From the NCBI GenBank assembly GCA_010909165.1, contig MU008195.1, positions 62,001 to 126,000 on the forward strand: DNA of 64,000 bases, read 5' to 3'. The notes beneath the pieces are model-generated. The model worked only from the letters and a program-made list of their open reading frames with translations, made no database searches and had not been told where the DNA came from. The position numbers were made by a program, and so were the translations under genes. How positions within the stretch are numbered: position 1 is the first letter of the stretch; each line of letters opens with the position of its first letter. This DNA comes from Anthoceros angustus (lineage: Eukaryota; Plantae; Anthocerotophyta). This document shows positions 1 through 13,559 of this stretch, in pieces.

Positions 1-1504
1 GCTAAGACTGGGTGGAGCACCCATCTCAAGTCTCGCAAGACTCGGCCGCAATTCGCCTGATGAGACTGCAGCAGACAGTTGTTGCTCTGTATAGTTCATC
101 TCCAGAACTGTGTGAGCCTGCTAGACGACAAATCGTGTTAAGCTAAACCCAAGCCTCATTTGGAACTCTGTCATAACCAATACGCTGAAGGACAAACCTG
201 AGCTTCAGTTCTCAGGTCTGTATAAGGTACAACACCTGTTATGAGCTCACTGCCACACCCCGACAGAAGACACCAACCAGATTCTTCAGGGCAACTATCA
301 GCACACAGAGATCTGAAGGTCTCAAACAATCCATGACTTGAACAGCTTCTTCTTTTCTTGAACTCACTTGATGGTAATTCCAAAAGCATAGACATCGGAC
401 TTTTCGCTCTGCATCTCCTTCTTCAGAACTTCAGGGGCCATGTACAGCAGAGTTCCAACCATGTTTTTCTTATGAAAGCCACCGGTTGGCTTGCCAGTTG
501 GCTTCCAGTTAAGAGCAGTGGGCTGTTCTAGATTGTTGACATAAGTTGCGAGACCAAAATCTGATAGATGAGCTCCCCAAGTGCTATCAAGCTGCAAGCA
601 CATGCAAGGGCATTGATTTGCCTAAAATTGCTGCACATACATACAGTTACACTGCCATGCTGCTCGAAAAGGCAGGCGTACCAGAATGTTGGATGGCTTC
701 ACGTCCCTGTGTACCACACCCTTCTTATGCAGGTAGCCTAGAGCACTTGCTGCGAATGCGAGTCCTTCAAGGTCAGTGACTTCAGATTCAGAAATACCAG
801 CTAACAGGGATTCAAGAAACGAGAACAAGCAGGAGCAGGGTGTAGGCAACAAAACCTAGCTGTTTGGCAATCGTTAACACTTGCTGCAAGGAAGGTTGCC
901 ACTCCAGGACATGTAGAGCTCGGGAGAGATTGCCATTTTCAAAAAGGTCGAACAGAAACATGTAATCAGGCGGATGAGCTCGGGCAGCAACAAGCAAGGC
1001 AATATTGGGGTGCTCCAATCCACTGTAGAATAAACAAGCAACAACCAGCTAACAAGTGAGTAGTCGCACCATCTTGAATAACACATACCTCTTGGGGGAA
1101 GAGGGACATTGCCAGAACCACATTGTCTAACTGTGAGACTTACCTCAAAAGCTGTAGTTCCTGGTGAAACCTGTCAATGTCATTAACAGTTGCCAACCTT
1201 GGCTTCTTCGCTGCTACAGGTCTTCCAGACAGACTTGCTGCATAGACCACGCTCTCCGCACCTTCAATTGGAACACATCAGTTCAAAGCATGCTGCAGGT
1301 TTAAGCAAGACCCTAGATGCAGAGACCATTCAGACCCTTACCTCTTGCTATCTCCTGGCCCAGTTGCAGCCCGGGTTTAGAGACACATAAGGAAATATCA
1401 TCGTTCTGGCAGCAGCCACGAACACAAGTGTTGTCAGGTGATCGAGCTGGCTTAGCTGGAGATAATCGTACTTCAGAGCCATCTGCTGCGGAGAGCTCCC
1501 CCAT
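1..1504 (-). CDS. Protein kinase and PP2C-like domain-containing protein (At2g40860-like); kinase half only, gene runs off the left edge
   Basis: Spliced exons read [85 protein letters not shown] and [18 protein letters not shown] (1-120). This matches the family as I recall it. Start ATG at 1504 is tentative. Confidence 0.88.
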
Positions 1505-2205
1505 GCTTGCTGGCAATGTCAAAAAAACTAAAACGGATGTTAAACCGGAACAAGAGAGATCTCTGTCTCCCCACATTCCAGGAGCACAAATAGGCCCAAT
1601 GTGCTCACGTGCACACTCAGATCACACAGTCCACAACCCGGCATACCTGGGATGCTAGTCCCGCGATTTCACGGCCCACGAAGACGAAGCACCAGATCAA
1701 CGAAGGCTCAAAGGGCAGAAAAAGAGTGCTTTCACTGTCACCCACAAAGACAAGGTCTTCCTGTAGCATTCTGAACCATCTGATGCGTCTGCTCATACCT
1801 TGCTTTTTCTCATGGTGCAATCTTTCACGCGCAAGCGACAATGCAGCTGCGTGCAGAACGTGATGCCAGTTCGGAAGAGGTTCGGTTACGAACCAAACCA
1901 TTTACATCCGGTTCGGAAGAACGAAGCCGATGCCCGACACACGCGGGAGAGGAGACCAGTGAACATTCCTGTTATGCACTCCGAGTCCCGTTCCGTTAGA
2001 TAGCGTTCCGTTACGTCTCGTTCCGTTGGTCTATGGTCTTGGAGAGTCGCTCCTTCGAAATACGGTGGATGCTGCTGGAGAAAGCGTTGAGCGTTGGAGA
2101 GCCACACCGCCTCGCATCTGATTCAACAGATCGAAGTCTTCGACAGACAGCCTACTCTGTGAATTAGGTCTAAGCAAGCGGAGGAGCTTCATCTCAGATA
2201 AGAAG

Positions 2206-2559
2206 ATGGTCCGCATATTCACGTTTGTTGCCATGGTGGCGGCCACCGCGGCCGTGCTCAAGTTCCGTGAGGATATTGTCAAGCAGGCGGCAGAACGGCA
2301 GACTCGGCGGGTATGGTTCTCGCATTTCTATTCTGCCGGTGATGCATGCTGTTTATTTCGGCTCACCGATAGCTAGATTGTGTCTTGCTTGTAGGGAGTG
2401 TGAATCTCTGGCAGTTGTAGGTTAAAGTTTGTGTGGAAAAACATGCGTTCAGGTTCTAATACCGTGATGCAGTATGAGGAACACAAGCTCACCCTTGAAG
2501 CTAATCGTCTGAGGCGCCGTCTTCTTCGAGAGCTAGAAGAGAGGGAAGCCAGTGGCTGA
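2206..2559 (+). CDS. Small two-exon protein (63 aa) with N-terminal hydrophobic helix and charged C-terminus; function unknown
   Basis: Exon 2206-2310 (MVRIFTFVAMVAATAAVLKFREDIVKQAAERQTRR), GT-AG intron 2311-2472, exon 2473-2559 (YEEHKLTLEANRLRRRLLRELEEREASG*). Phases match. Not in the ORF track. Confidence 0.5.
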
Positions 2560-2849
2560 TCGGAGCTTCAACAAGAAGGCACTTGTGCAGGGCATGTCCA
2601 CAGTCAGAATCGATGCCGATGTTTCGTGGCTGAAATTCTATTTTGCGATTGTAGACTTGAGACTTGAGTCACGACATTTAGTAACTCCACATTGACTGTT
2701 CCTTGCTTTACTGTCTGCGTGGATAGAATTGTGTGACTCCGAATTTTGCTTTCATCGTCCAGTCTTTTCATGTTTTGATGCCCGTTGGTTACATCAGGAT
2801 GTGTTCTTACTAAATTCCTTCCCCAAGGAGAGGGCGCCTTAGGCCCCCT

Positions 2850-4330
2850 CTAGGTGGGTGCAGGCAACTCTGCCAGAGAAGGTGCAAGGATTTGCGCCAA
2901 GCCTGCTGGGTTATCACTGTGCAGCCAGTGGCCTGCGTTTGCCAAGATGTGGTAGGACAAAAGCCCCGAGTGCTCACTAGCCTGGCTATTCTTGGTAGCA
3001 AGCTTCTCCAACCTTTGGACAATTTCAGGACTCCATCTGTCGCTCCTAATAGCCCGCACTACCCCAATTTTCATTCCTTTCGGAGGGTTTTCCAAGACTG
3101 ACCAGTAATCCTCCTGCCTGCAGACCAGACCATCTTCCCCGTTGTCAATGATCCGTATCCTGGAAGACTTTGAACTTAAGGTAGATAAAACCCACCTGTA
3201 TGACTTGAACATGTCGTAAGCGCCAGGTAAATTAAATATCCATTTCATCTCCTCCTTGGACTTGTCCACCCTCTTCAAATTGCTTCCCATCCAAGCAGAA
3301 AGACCAGGAGAAAATCCAAGCTTACTCATGTGCTCCTGAAGCCATCTGCTCGACACCACAAACAACCAAATTGAGCCATCCATTCTCCAATACACAGAGG
3401 AGGCGGTCACAAACACGAAGAGGGAGAAAAGCACGGCGAACCTGCGTGAAGGGATTGGGTCTGGAAGGGAATTCAGAGTGGCCAAAACACGCTCGACTTC
3501 ACCACCTTCATTATCAATCGGAATCGCACCGGGCACGGAATCTAAAACCCAGAGCTGTTCCGCATCACGGCGTTCACCAAATCAACACACCATTCCCTCA
3601 CCAAAACAGCTCCCTGCCTGGAGCACGTAATGAACAACAGGCGTGAACGAAGGTCCAGTCGAACAAACCAGCCACTAGGTCTTGGAGATTCAAGCTCACA
3701 AACTTCAGATCATCAGACACAATCTGAGCCATGGAAGAAGGGACAGTGAGATCAGAGATGCACCTGCTTTGGAGCAACGGCTTCTCTGCCATAGCTGCCG
3801 GCAACACACTTGTGTGCAAACTCAAGAACAACCTTGCCTCCAAGAGAATGCCCGACTACGACGTCTGGCCAACCCCACGGCTGCGCTTTCACAAATTCAG
3901 ACAAATCCTTGGCCGCAGATGGAATGTCATGGGGAGGATCAAAGCCTGGCAAACTGGCAGATTGCCCGTGGTTCCTCAGGTCCACAAAAACAAGCCTCCA
4001 GCCTGCAAAACACACCCTCAGAAGCTGGTCCCAATCTCACAAATTCGTGCCGGATCGAAATTCAGCGGACTCACCGAGGGAATCCGAGGAGCTCCTCTCA
4101 GCAACAGCTTGAACCAACTGTTTGCCAAACGTCCTCCAGTTCCTTCCAGAGCCCAGGAGTCCGTGCACGAACACGGCTGTCTTGAGCTCCTCATCATCGG
4201 CATCTTCCTTGGTCACCAGGACTTCATCACACGCAAGAGTGGACATTCGTGAGCGGGAGCTGGACGCTGAAGCTGGCCATGGCCCGATCCTCCTGCGACG
4301 TAGCAGACCGCGGAAGCCTAGCCCTTTCAT
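2850..4330 (-). CDS. Alpha/beta-hydrolase, ABHD11-like, probable organellar transit peptide
   Basis: Motifs VHGLLGSG, VDLRNHG, nucleophile GHSLGG, LWVLDSVPG and GHWLHSDNP across several exons; Arg/Ser-rich N-terminus from ATG 4330. Confidence 0.9.
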
Positions 4331-4874
4331 CTCCAAATTTTGGCCTCGCAGAATCAGCGCATCGAGCGGATGAAGCTGCCTCCCCGAGGTGGACACGCGC
4401 CAGGAAGTGATTCACTTGCTTCCCGGGCAGTTCGAACCCGGCTCGCTTTGACTGGTTGGAACAACGCGATATCGGTTGATTCTTAGGTTAGTGTCGAGTA
4501 AGGCACTTGCGAAGGTTGGCAGAAGAGAACAATTCTGTTGCTTCTCCAAGGCGCCATGCATCTCTTGCCACAACAGCTTAATTCGCACGCTCTTCTCGCG
4601 CGTGCTCGGGGCCTTGAGGAGGAGTGTCCTAGTTTGCGGGCTGATCGATTTGGATTTGTTATATAAGTTTCTATATACCTGACCGATGTGAGGTTGTTGT
4701 TTTGGCCACTTCTTTTGGAGATCTGGAGCTGTTGTTGGAGCCTTTGAAGGGCAAAGGAGCCGGAAGGTTCTGGTGGTTTGGTGTAATTTAACTCCCGTCC
4801 GGTCCACGAGGCCTAGGTCCTTGCTCGGCGGAGGAGCGAGCTTGGCAGACGAAGAAAGATCCACGCCTGTAACG

Positions 4875-5549
4875 ATGGCCTTCCTTTTTGGGAAGAAGAA
4901 GACGCCGGCGGAGCTTCTGAGAGAGAACAAGCGGATGCTGGACAAGTCCATTAGGGAGATCGAGAGGGAACGGCAGAGTTTGCAGACGCAGGAGAAGAAG
5001 CTGATTGCGGAGATCAAGAAGACAGCAAAGCAGGGGCAGATGGGAGCAGTCAGAGTAATGGCCAAGGATTTGATAAGGACAAGGCACCAGATTACCAAGT
5101 TCTACGGGCTCAAGTCGCAGCTGCAGGGAATTTCTCTACGGATTCAAACTTTGAAGTCTACGCAAGCCATGGCGGAGGCTATGAAGGGCGTGACAAAGGC
5201 CATGGGGCAGATGAATAGGCAGATGAACTTGCCAGCTTTGCAGAAGATCATGATGGAATTTGAGAGGCAGAATGAGAGGATGGAGATGACTACAGAGGTG
5301 ATGGGAGACGCTATTGACGACGTGTTGGAGGGAGACGAGGAAGAGGAGGAGACGGAGGACCTAGTAAACCAAGTCCTGGATGAGATCGGTGTGGATCTTG
5401 ATTCTCAGCTGGTGCGTGCTCCGGCTAATTCAGTACCTACTCCAGCTCAGGCTGCTCCTGCAAAAGTGGCTCAGCCAACAGGTGCTCCTTCAGATGAAGG
5501 GATTGACAGTGATCTTCAGGCTCGTCTGGATAATTTGCGGAGGATGTGA
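4875..5549 (+). CDS. VPS2.1: ESCRT-III subunit VPS2.1 / CHMP2A, single-exon CDS (224 aa)
   Basis: Begins MAFLFGKKKTPAELLRENKRMLDKSIREIERERQ and ends DSDLQARLDNLRRM (MIM1 motif); one uninterrupted ORF. Confidence 0.96.
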   Translation: MAFLFGKKKTPAELLRENKRMLDKSIREIERERQSLQTQEKKLIAEIKKTAKQGQMGAVRVMAKDLIRTRHQITKFYGLKSQLQGISLRIQTLKSTQAMAEAMKGVTKAMGQMNRQMNLPALQKIMMEFERQNERMEMTTEVMGDAIDDVLEGDEEEEETEDLVNQVLDEIGVDLDSQLVRAPANSVPTPAQAAPAKVAQPTGAPSDEGIDSDLQARLDNLRRM

Positions 5550-6231
5550 TACCTCATGCCATTCTCAAGTGCTGTGCTTTGGCTTCGGGACTTGAGTGAC
5601 TTAGGCCATGTGAGGTTGCTCTCAGCCTACTTAGGGTGAAACATGGTCGCGTGTGGCGGGCATGTAGGAGTCGGCCTTGTTTCCAGCCTTTCTTCCAGGC
5701 TTCTTGACTGTAATTACTGTAACATGTATGCTCTTGGATTATTGGAGTGTTTGTTCCACAAACGCTAAAACTTTGAGGTGCTTTGAAGCTGGCAATAGTT
5801 TCTTAGATGACTAATGCTGAGTGACTATTCAAAGTTCAACCTGAGCAATCGTGAGCAAAGACCTTTTACGATCGACTCACTGGAGCTCGCAAACCGAGTG
5901 TGGAAGAAAAACGCTATTATCTCTAATTTAAAATCCACATCGTCGCTTATCATGTTGGATATGAATGCTGGCCCACGACAATAGCCAGTGGTCAGGAAGC
6001 AGTATAATACAAGTGGAGAGTTGTTGGGCCTGCCTGCGACTGAATCAAAAGCTTATCATGATAATTCTTGTGTGACGGGGCCTGGACAACACTCAGAATC
6101 AGCAGCGCAGATACGCAGACACGGCACGAAGTAACGCTACACAGTTCTACCGGTCCTGCAGCGAAAACACCAGCTGGTAAGCACCTTAAACATCCAGGAT
6201 AGAAGAAGTAGCATAACACAGTAATTGAGTA

Positions 6232-9200
6232 TTACCAGTTCGCAACCCCATGGAAGGCACCCCCGTTCGTGAGGTTGTAAAGAGCTGGATGGTTTGCAGA
6301 TAGAGATGGCGAGAACGAGCTGGTGTCCGTGCAGTAAGAATAATCTGCATTCCAGCCTGCTTTGTTCTCCTCCCATTTCAATATCTCTCTTATGTACATA
6401 AAGGCATTATTTACCTTTGAGCGGTCCCGGGCATTGAGCTCAAAGGTCAAGATCTTCCGGCCAGTAATCCCCCTTGCATTACTTATCGTTGTGTAGATGT
6501 CCTTGAACTTGTGCACAACATAGTGGTATGCTTGTTCAGCCACACTCTGAGGTGAGGGGTTCGATGACTTCACAGGTTGGAACCCAGACAGCCAGTCACA
6601 AGAAGACAGTGGGATACCCTTGCAGATTTTTTCCTCAAACACGTCGCGTTTGTTGAGAAGCAGCACAAATGGAGTGTCCCTGAAGCTTGGATGCTGTAAA
6701 ATACATTCAAAAAGCTCCTTGCTCTGAATCATTTTGTTTCCCAGGGCGCCATTGCTGTCAGTCCACATCTGATCATAGTCACTCAGAGCGACACAAAAAA
6801 TCACTGCACAGACATCTTCAAACATTTCCAACCATTTCCTGCCATCGGTGATCCCCACACCCCCAACCCGAATGAGCTGATACCTGCAAGAGACCAGATG
6901 AACCTTTAATTCCCTTGCATCATCCCAACATCGAGGGCACCAAAAGTACTGGAAAAGGGAAAGAAAAAGACAAACCTGCCCACAGGGGTTGATGAGTCTC
7001 CAGGATCAGTATAAGGCCCCGAGAGAGGCGTTTTATCTTCCATGATGAACTCTATCTCAGCGAGACCTGAACCTTGAGTCAGGCCTTCTGCAGCCAATAT
7101 GTCGTCCTCAGAGGGTTCATACTCGTTACTTGATACCTCAGCAACCTAGACAATATTACACTCCAAAATGAGACTTGCATGAGTGAAGAAAACACTCCCA
7201 GGCAAAAATAAAAACCGAATTCCTCACAGTTTCATCTAAATCCGATAAACCAAAGAGTCCCACCTTCTCCAAAAAATAGCCTGCAACATCTGGTAACATG
7301 TGCAGCTCATCTTTTCTTTTAAAGGTTGCTTGGATTGCTGGATCATGCCACAGAGCCTCCACTACTGGAGCATACTCTCGAGTAGCAGCTGGGAAAAACG
7401 TCTGCAGACAACCAGTTGCCATAATCTCCAGAAACCAATCTGCCCGAGCCTTTAGCCGTAGATCTAGTGCATATGGGCTCTTGGAACCTTCTCCTGCTGA
7501 AAATAAGCGGAGTAAAGGAATTGGTAGCCAATTTACGAGCACAGAGGAATCATTAAAACAAAAATCTCACAAATTTCTATACAAGGTGCAATGAAACATA
7601 GTGCTAGATGACTCACAAGACCCTACAGCTTGATAGTACCTCTCATAGATGAGCCAGTTTCCACTGCGTCCGGCGAAGCATCCTCACTACTGTCAGCATC
7701 TTCAAAACGTTCACGCCCTTCAAGAAGGATACTAATATACTTGTATGCATTACTCTGTATCAAGGACTTATAAGATTGTAGTTCCTCTGGAGAGAAACCA
7801 TCTTTGAAAAGGTACTTGGCCTGTCAAGGAACAAGATACGATGAAAAGAAACAGAAGGTGAGACCATAGGAATTGAATGTCCGCAGGGTGACAATACAAC
7901 AAAGTCTACCAAACAGCAGCTCAATACCAATAGTAGCAAACATACGTGTGCTTTAACAAGTCTGCCCCAGACACTCCAAACCCCAACTCTGAAAATCGGA
8001 CATGACCAGTTCCAGGCTCAATAATCCTAACCTGTTTGAAAACTGTACTTCTACCAGAACCTTCATGCCCCAGTAGCAAAAGCTTTTGTACTCTCTTGGG
8101 CTCCAGATACTCTGTCAAGTATTTGTTTAAAAGATCTTCCGTGTCCATTTTCGTGCTCCTTAACTTTACACGTGGAATTGGTAAAGAAAAGAAGGGGTAC
8201 AATAATTTGGCTGAAGTCTGCAACAGAGAAGTGAGCTATTAACAGCAGATTCCATATAGGGAGCCCTTAAACATTAGCCTCAGAGACTAGGAGAGAGACC
8301 AGAGAGGACTAAAGCACGACACATACCTTTTCCCATATATTGCCCTTACGGATCTTTTGACCAGCCTCCCAGTAGGTCCCGTCATCATCAACCCAAAGAT
8401 GTGTGCCTGCTGAACAGTGCACGCCAGCTAACTGTTGACCACAAAGCTGATCAGATTTCATTTTTCCTGTGGCTGCAACGGAAAACATATGAAATGCTAA
8501 TGAGCATGCACTCACTCTGTATAGCCTTAATTCCATCTTTCCGAGTTCGCGGTCATTCATAGTTACTCCTGTATTACCATTACTGGCATTTGGCTGAAGT
8601 GGTCCCCCCACTTTCAAGCCAGATGTAATGATTTGATGAGGATTCTCTCCTTCCTATGAAGGCATGCCGAGCAAAAGTTTAGTAGGAAAAGACTGGTTGA
8701 GATGCACAAGAACAAAAGTTGTCAACCCTAGGGGAAATAGCTTTCTTGTCACTAACCTTTCCCCACAGCCCAGATTGCTGGTCATACCAAAATTTCCCTG
8801 GTTTAAGCTTCGAAGGGGGCTTATCACACGAAAGAAGGTCAGACATTTCTTCAGCGGACAAGGGTTTGGTATTAACCACAAGCTGTTGCGGCTGTAGTTG
8901 ATTGGATACGCACTCTCTCTCGGCCTTGAGAATTTGCTGGATCTCTAAAGGACTAAGCAACGACTTCAAAAGCCTTGAACATTTTCCAAGGTACTGCCTC
9001 CTGGTCTCATGGATAGGTTTCCCAATGCAATGAGTACATTTACGACCTTCTGGCATGGAGCCCATGGCAACTAGAACACAGTTGCTACAATACTTTGCAC
9101 TGCAAACAAGGCATGCTTCCCTGTCTGACCAGAGATGACGTTTCGAGCATCTGTAGCATACCCCTTTTTTTCTGTGACCTCTGACAATGGAGCAGTCCTC

Positions 9201-10556
9201 TTCACCTGGGATAAAATGAACTTGCTGCGAAAACTCTGAAGCCATCGAATTTGTTTTAGAATGATGAGATGAAGCTGTAACTGATGGCAAAGACACAGAT
9301 CTACCTCTGTAGGATGACTGTCTTGCAGACCCGACACTCAACGCAGCCTCGGATGATATTGCCGGACCATAATGATCTACATTTGTCAATTCTGCAGGGA
9401 GCTTCCATGCAGGAGAAGGATACTCCGATGCCGATACAGATGCTGACACTGAGGCTGAAGCACAAGCGGAGGCTCTCGCTGATGCTGATGCTGAGTCCAA
9501 ACCTTCAGAATCCACAACAGAGGAATTTCGAGAGACAGAGGCAGGTGACTTTGAAGAGAAAACTTCTACTGGAGCAGGGAACACTCTCGGAGAACTGATG
9601 AAAGTCACTGGATGTGCAGTCGTTGTAGTGGCTGCGACAGCTGGCTTTGTTGCAATGTCCGATAGAGATGCCACAAGCTTGACATCTCTTTTCTTGCTCT
9701 CATCTTCTCCTGATAGACTCCGAAAAAGTGCACTGCCCTTGGTTCCGTACGCAGATACACCATTCTCGACAACCTGCCTGCCAGCAGGTATGCTATGATA
9801 AGCTGAGCGGGAGCCAGCCACATCCCTACCTGACACTTTTGCTGACCACATTGGGCCTGCCTCTTCACTGCACACCATAGGCTTCGCTTCTACAGACTGC
9901 TCAGCCAACTCACTCCCGATAAACTTAGGGTCCACGGGAAGCGCCACCGGGATCACCTTCGGCGTACTATCTTTCTCATCCGACCCCGAACGGCGGGAGT
10001 CGATAGGCTCAACCTTAGGCACACCATGCTTGATGGGAGGCCCACAGTATTCCAAGGCGATGGAGTAGTCCAAGTTTTCTCCATTGGATGCAATGCAAGC
10101 AGGTAAAATGGCATTCAGAAACTCGTTGATCGACTGCTCTCCGAAACTATCCAGATCTAATAATCGTTTCTCCAGAACCCGCCGGCCATCAACCGAAGAC
10201 GATGAGACATTGTTTTCAGCAACTGGCCTTTCCTCCTCTGCAAAGGAGGACCCGGTCTCTCTATGTTCCGAGAACGTCGGATCCCTCGTCAAAAGACCAC
10301 GAACTGGTGTCTCATGTAATATCTGTGGAGCCACAGCCACATCGGCTCTCGACCGCCACCTGGGAGGGGAGCTAGGTCGAAGCGGGTCAGGGGAAGGCGG
10401 GTCCGAATCCACCAAAGTAGGAAACAGCAACGGCTGAAGCTTCGACTCACTGTCTTCAAAAGCAGACTCCACCTGCGACTCGCCAAGCCCGAGAGACTTA
10501 TAACTCTCCTCACCTGCCTCCGCAGGTTGAAGAACGAGCGGAGCAGACCCCTTCAT
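6232..10556 (-). CDS. XLG: Extra-large G protein (XLG family), multi-exon
   Basis: Long N-terminal exon with the Cys-rich [27 protein letters not shown] motif and [14 protein letters not shown]-alpha-like part has [26 protein letters not shown] and [12 protein letters not shown]. Confidence 0.93.
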
Positions 10557-12108
10557 TTCAGTTCTGTCAATGAACACAAGCGTCAAGCATCCCTACTCCT
10601 GATCTGCACTCCATAGGTAGCTCCCGCAAGTACCGCCGCTTCTACACAAAAATGCAGACATCTAAACCTCAAAGACCATCCCAATGCTTGCAGACGAGCT
10701 CCCCGCCGGCACAAACTCCCTGGACAAATTTATCCCCTCACACATACATCCTCCACCGCTCGCCGACCGGAGCTGGAAACAAGAAGCTATCAACTCCTCC
10801 CTGCTTCGCATTTCCCACATGACTTCCTCTTCTTTGCGAATTCTCCAGCGACTCACCGGCGAAGTCGGGACTGAGCTTCACATCAAACTCCGGCAGGCAA
10901 TCATCCGGCTTCGACTTCACACCCCCGCGGGATACTAAACCGCACCATAGACAAGGGAAAAGGAAGCCAAGGTCATGGATTCTAAACCCGCACCAAAAAC
11001 AAGAGGAAACGCGCAAAATTTGGCCTGCGTAGAAGGATTGACGCGATAAATTTGGCCTCACCGCGGAAATGCGGGTAAAAGCCGGCCCGCGTCACACACA
11101 CAAACACCGCCATCGCCGCCTCGCAACTGCCATTCCGCAAGAAACCCCAAGCAGCGGGGAAACGGCAAACACGGCCTCTGCAGCCCGTGCACCGGCCAGG
11201 CCCGTGACCAAGCGGAGCATCAAGAGCGCCTACTCTCGCGAGCCAGCAAAATTCCCTCAGCAGCTCCAAGGCAGCGGCGCAGTGCAGCGCAGCTCAGCAG
11301 GACCCGTACTACAAGCACGAGATATGTTACACCGACACAAATCCAGAACGCCTCTACAAACCTGCTCCAGCAGCTGGCCTGATGAGGCGCGTGATGATCC
11401 GATGGCTCCAGGCTGCTGCACGGCCTTATGCCGCAGACAAGAGCTGGCGGCCCCGTGTGGACTGAGCTGAGCTGCTGGCCTGGGCCTGCCCGCACCAAAA
11501 ATACACTCGGAGTCATCCAGGTGAATTTCGGTTTGCTTTATTTGTTGTAGCAGTTCAGTTCAAATGTGCGCACTACCCTTTCTATTCCCGATACAATCGC
11601 TGAGCCTACTAATATCCTAGGATTTTGGGACATGCATTTTCTGCGTGCTCCAGCCTCGGTCGCGCTTAGTTATGGTCAAGTCCTGCTTTCTAGGTCGTGG
11701 TGATGTAACTCTTGTTGAATCCTAACGTCCCGCCGCTTACCACGATTCTTAGATTCGCCAAACCAGGACTTCTATAAGCTTATCTATCTTCGTAACTAAA
11801 TCGATGAATAAAATAATGTTATATAATATATAATACGGCTAACGTTTTAGATAATTTATGGCATGAAATGCACAAACTCCAGAAAAAATTTGGTGTACAA
11901 CAAGATCTAGATATCTAGATGTAGAATATTATCAAGCAAGTTTAATTAAGCTCCTTAAGATAAGCTGTGATTATAATTCGATAACGATTCAATTGCAACC
12001 TCAGTTACTATTTGTCTAGATTTGATTTCAATTTGTTTCACTAGTTTCACCTGTCTCACTAGTACTTTTAACTTTCTCCCTCACTAGGATGAAGTTTAGT
12101 ATGCTTAG

Positions 12109-12176
12109 TGATACCTTCCAAATCCTATGTTTAATGATACCTTCCAAATGCAATGTTTAATGATACCTTCCAAATC
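12109..12176. repeat. Short tandem repeat, about 26-bp unit x about 3
   Basis: TGATACCTTCCAAAT recurs three times at about 26-bp spacing. Confidence 0.8.
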
Positions 12177-12285
12177 CCAAAAGACCGGAAAGAAGGATCC
12201 TTCAGGATACATATATGAGTAGCACCTTAAAAACCTTTGAATCCAAAATCAACTTGAGACATATGATTTAAATATTTTGAATCTT

Positions 12286-13105
12286 GCTCTGATACCATGT
12301 TAGAATATCGAGGTAAGTACGACATGAGCTTTATAATACAAGCAATAAACAATATAGAAGATTAAGTTGGAATTTGATGCTTCGTTCAAACTTCATCTAT
12401 GTGTAGCACAAGATGCAGCCAGTTTTACTGGCATCATAACATCTTTATTCTACACTATATCATAACTTTGTATATGTTAGTTGTTGCACAAGGTAAGCAC
12501 TTGAATTCATATAAGCACTTCCTCGACCAACAACCAAGCAAACAAATCTAATACGCATCTACATATATAGGTGCAACCAATAACAACAGGAGGGAGTAGC
12601 TCGCACGTCATGGCACAAACACACTCTCCCCACGAGAACAACACGTAAATTCCTCACACATCGCCTCGAGTCATAGCTTTGGCCTCCTCACAACGCTCTT
12701 GCATTGCATATCTAGAGGACAAGCTATGATCTGAGCTTGTCCTCAATGGAAGGGTCTATATATACTAGCCCTTGGCATCGACATATTCTTAAGATATTCT
12801 ATTGGCATCAGCATATGCCGGAAATATCCTAAGAATACACTGTAATATGCAAGGAATATGCACAAGCATATTACTTGAGCTTATCCCCTTAGCTATTGTA
12901 TCCTAAGAATACACTATAATATACAAGGAATATGCCAAAGCATATTACTTTATCCACTTAGCTATTGCTAACCATGTTTAATTAACAGTAATCAACGCTT
13001 AACATAAGCACCTTAGATTTATTAACACTAATTACTTACTTAAAGATAAGTAATTAGATTAATTAATGCTAATCAAACACTAAACCCAAGTGTAGAGATT
13101 AGTAT
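12286..13105 (-). mobile_element. LTR-retrotransposon relic: LTR end plus tRNA-iMet primer-binding site
   Basis: Minus strand reads ...CTAACA then TGGTATCAGAGC (PBS at 12286-12297). 12490-13105 recurs inverted at about 36275-36830. A similar about 70-bp terminus occurs near 13900-13970. The far LTR boundary is not determined. Confidence 0.65.
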
Positions 13106-13478
13106 CACACGGCATGATATCACCGTCTATCAAATTATCCAGTGGAAGTGGTTTGCCGTGATGCACCTCTTCGGCTTACCATAGCCTCCCCTTTTTGAGG
13201 TACAGTTTTATTTAACACTCCATAACCCAATATTTTCAATAAAGGCATGATTGGACGAGGTCAGACTGGAACCGTAGCCCGAGGGTAGGGTACCTCCCTC
13301 ATCTGGCTATCATTGTGTTGTTCATATTGGACACTATATTTTCACATACCTAAGAGAGTTAAAAGGTATGAAATGCTGAAGGCCTGCTTTGTACTGTCCA
13401 TTTTGTGGAATTCTGTTCAACAAAAAAAAAAAACTGTTTTTCACTAGTTAGAATAAGAAAAATAATTACGAAGAAACA

Positions 13479-13559
13479 AAAATCCCTACTACAAAACCAT
13501 ATGAGCCGAAACTACTAAAAAATCCCTACTACAAAACCATATGAGCCGAAACTACTAAA
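13479..13559. repeat. About 41-bp tandem duplication
   Basis: AAAATCCCTACTACAAAACCATATGAGCCGAAACTACTAA x2. Confidence 0.85.

Noticed and set aside
4420-4445. GTTCGAACCC resembling a tRNA T-loop
   Set aside because: No cloverleaf or D-arm can be formed; it is only a short hairpin in a promoter region.
4412-5098. 228-aa minus-strand ORF
   Set aside because: Antisense shadow of VPS2.1 and its upstream region, starting at a non-ATG codon.
11069-11520. GC-rich ORFs divergent from XLG (133 aa, plus an ATG-less frame QDPYYKHEICY...)
   Set aside because: No recognisable family or confident splice model. It could be a small gene but cannot be supported from sequence alone.
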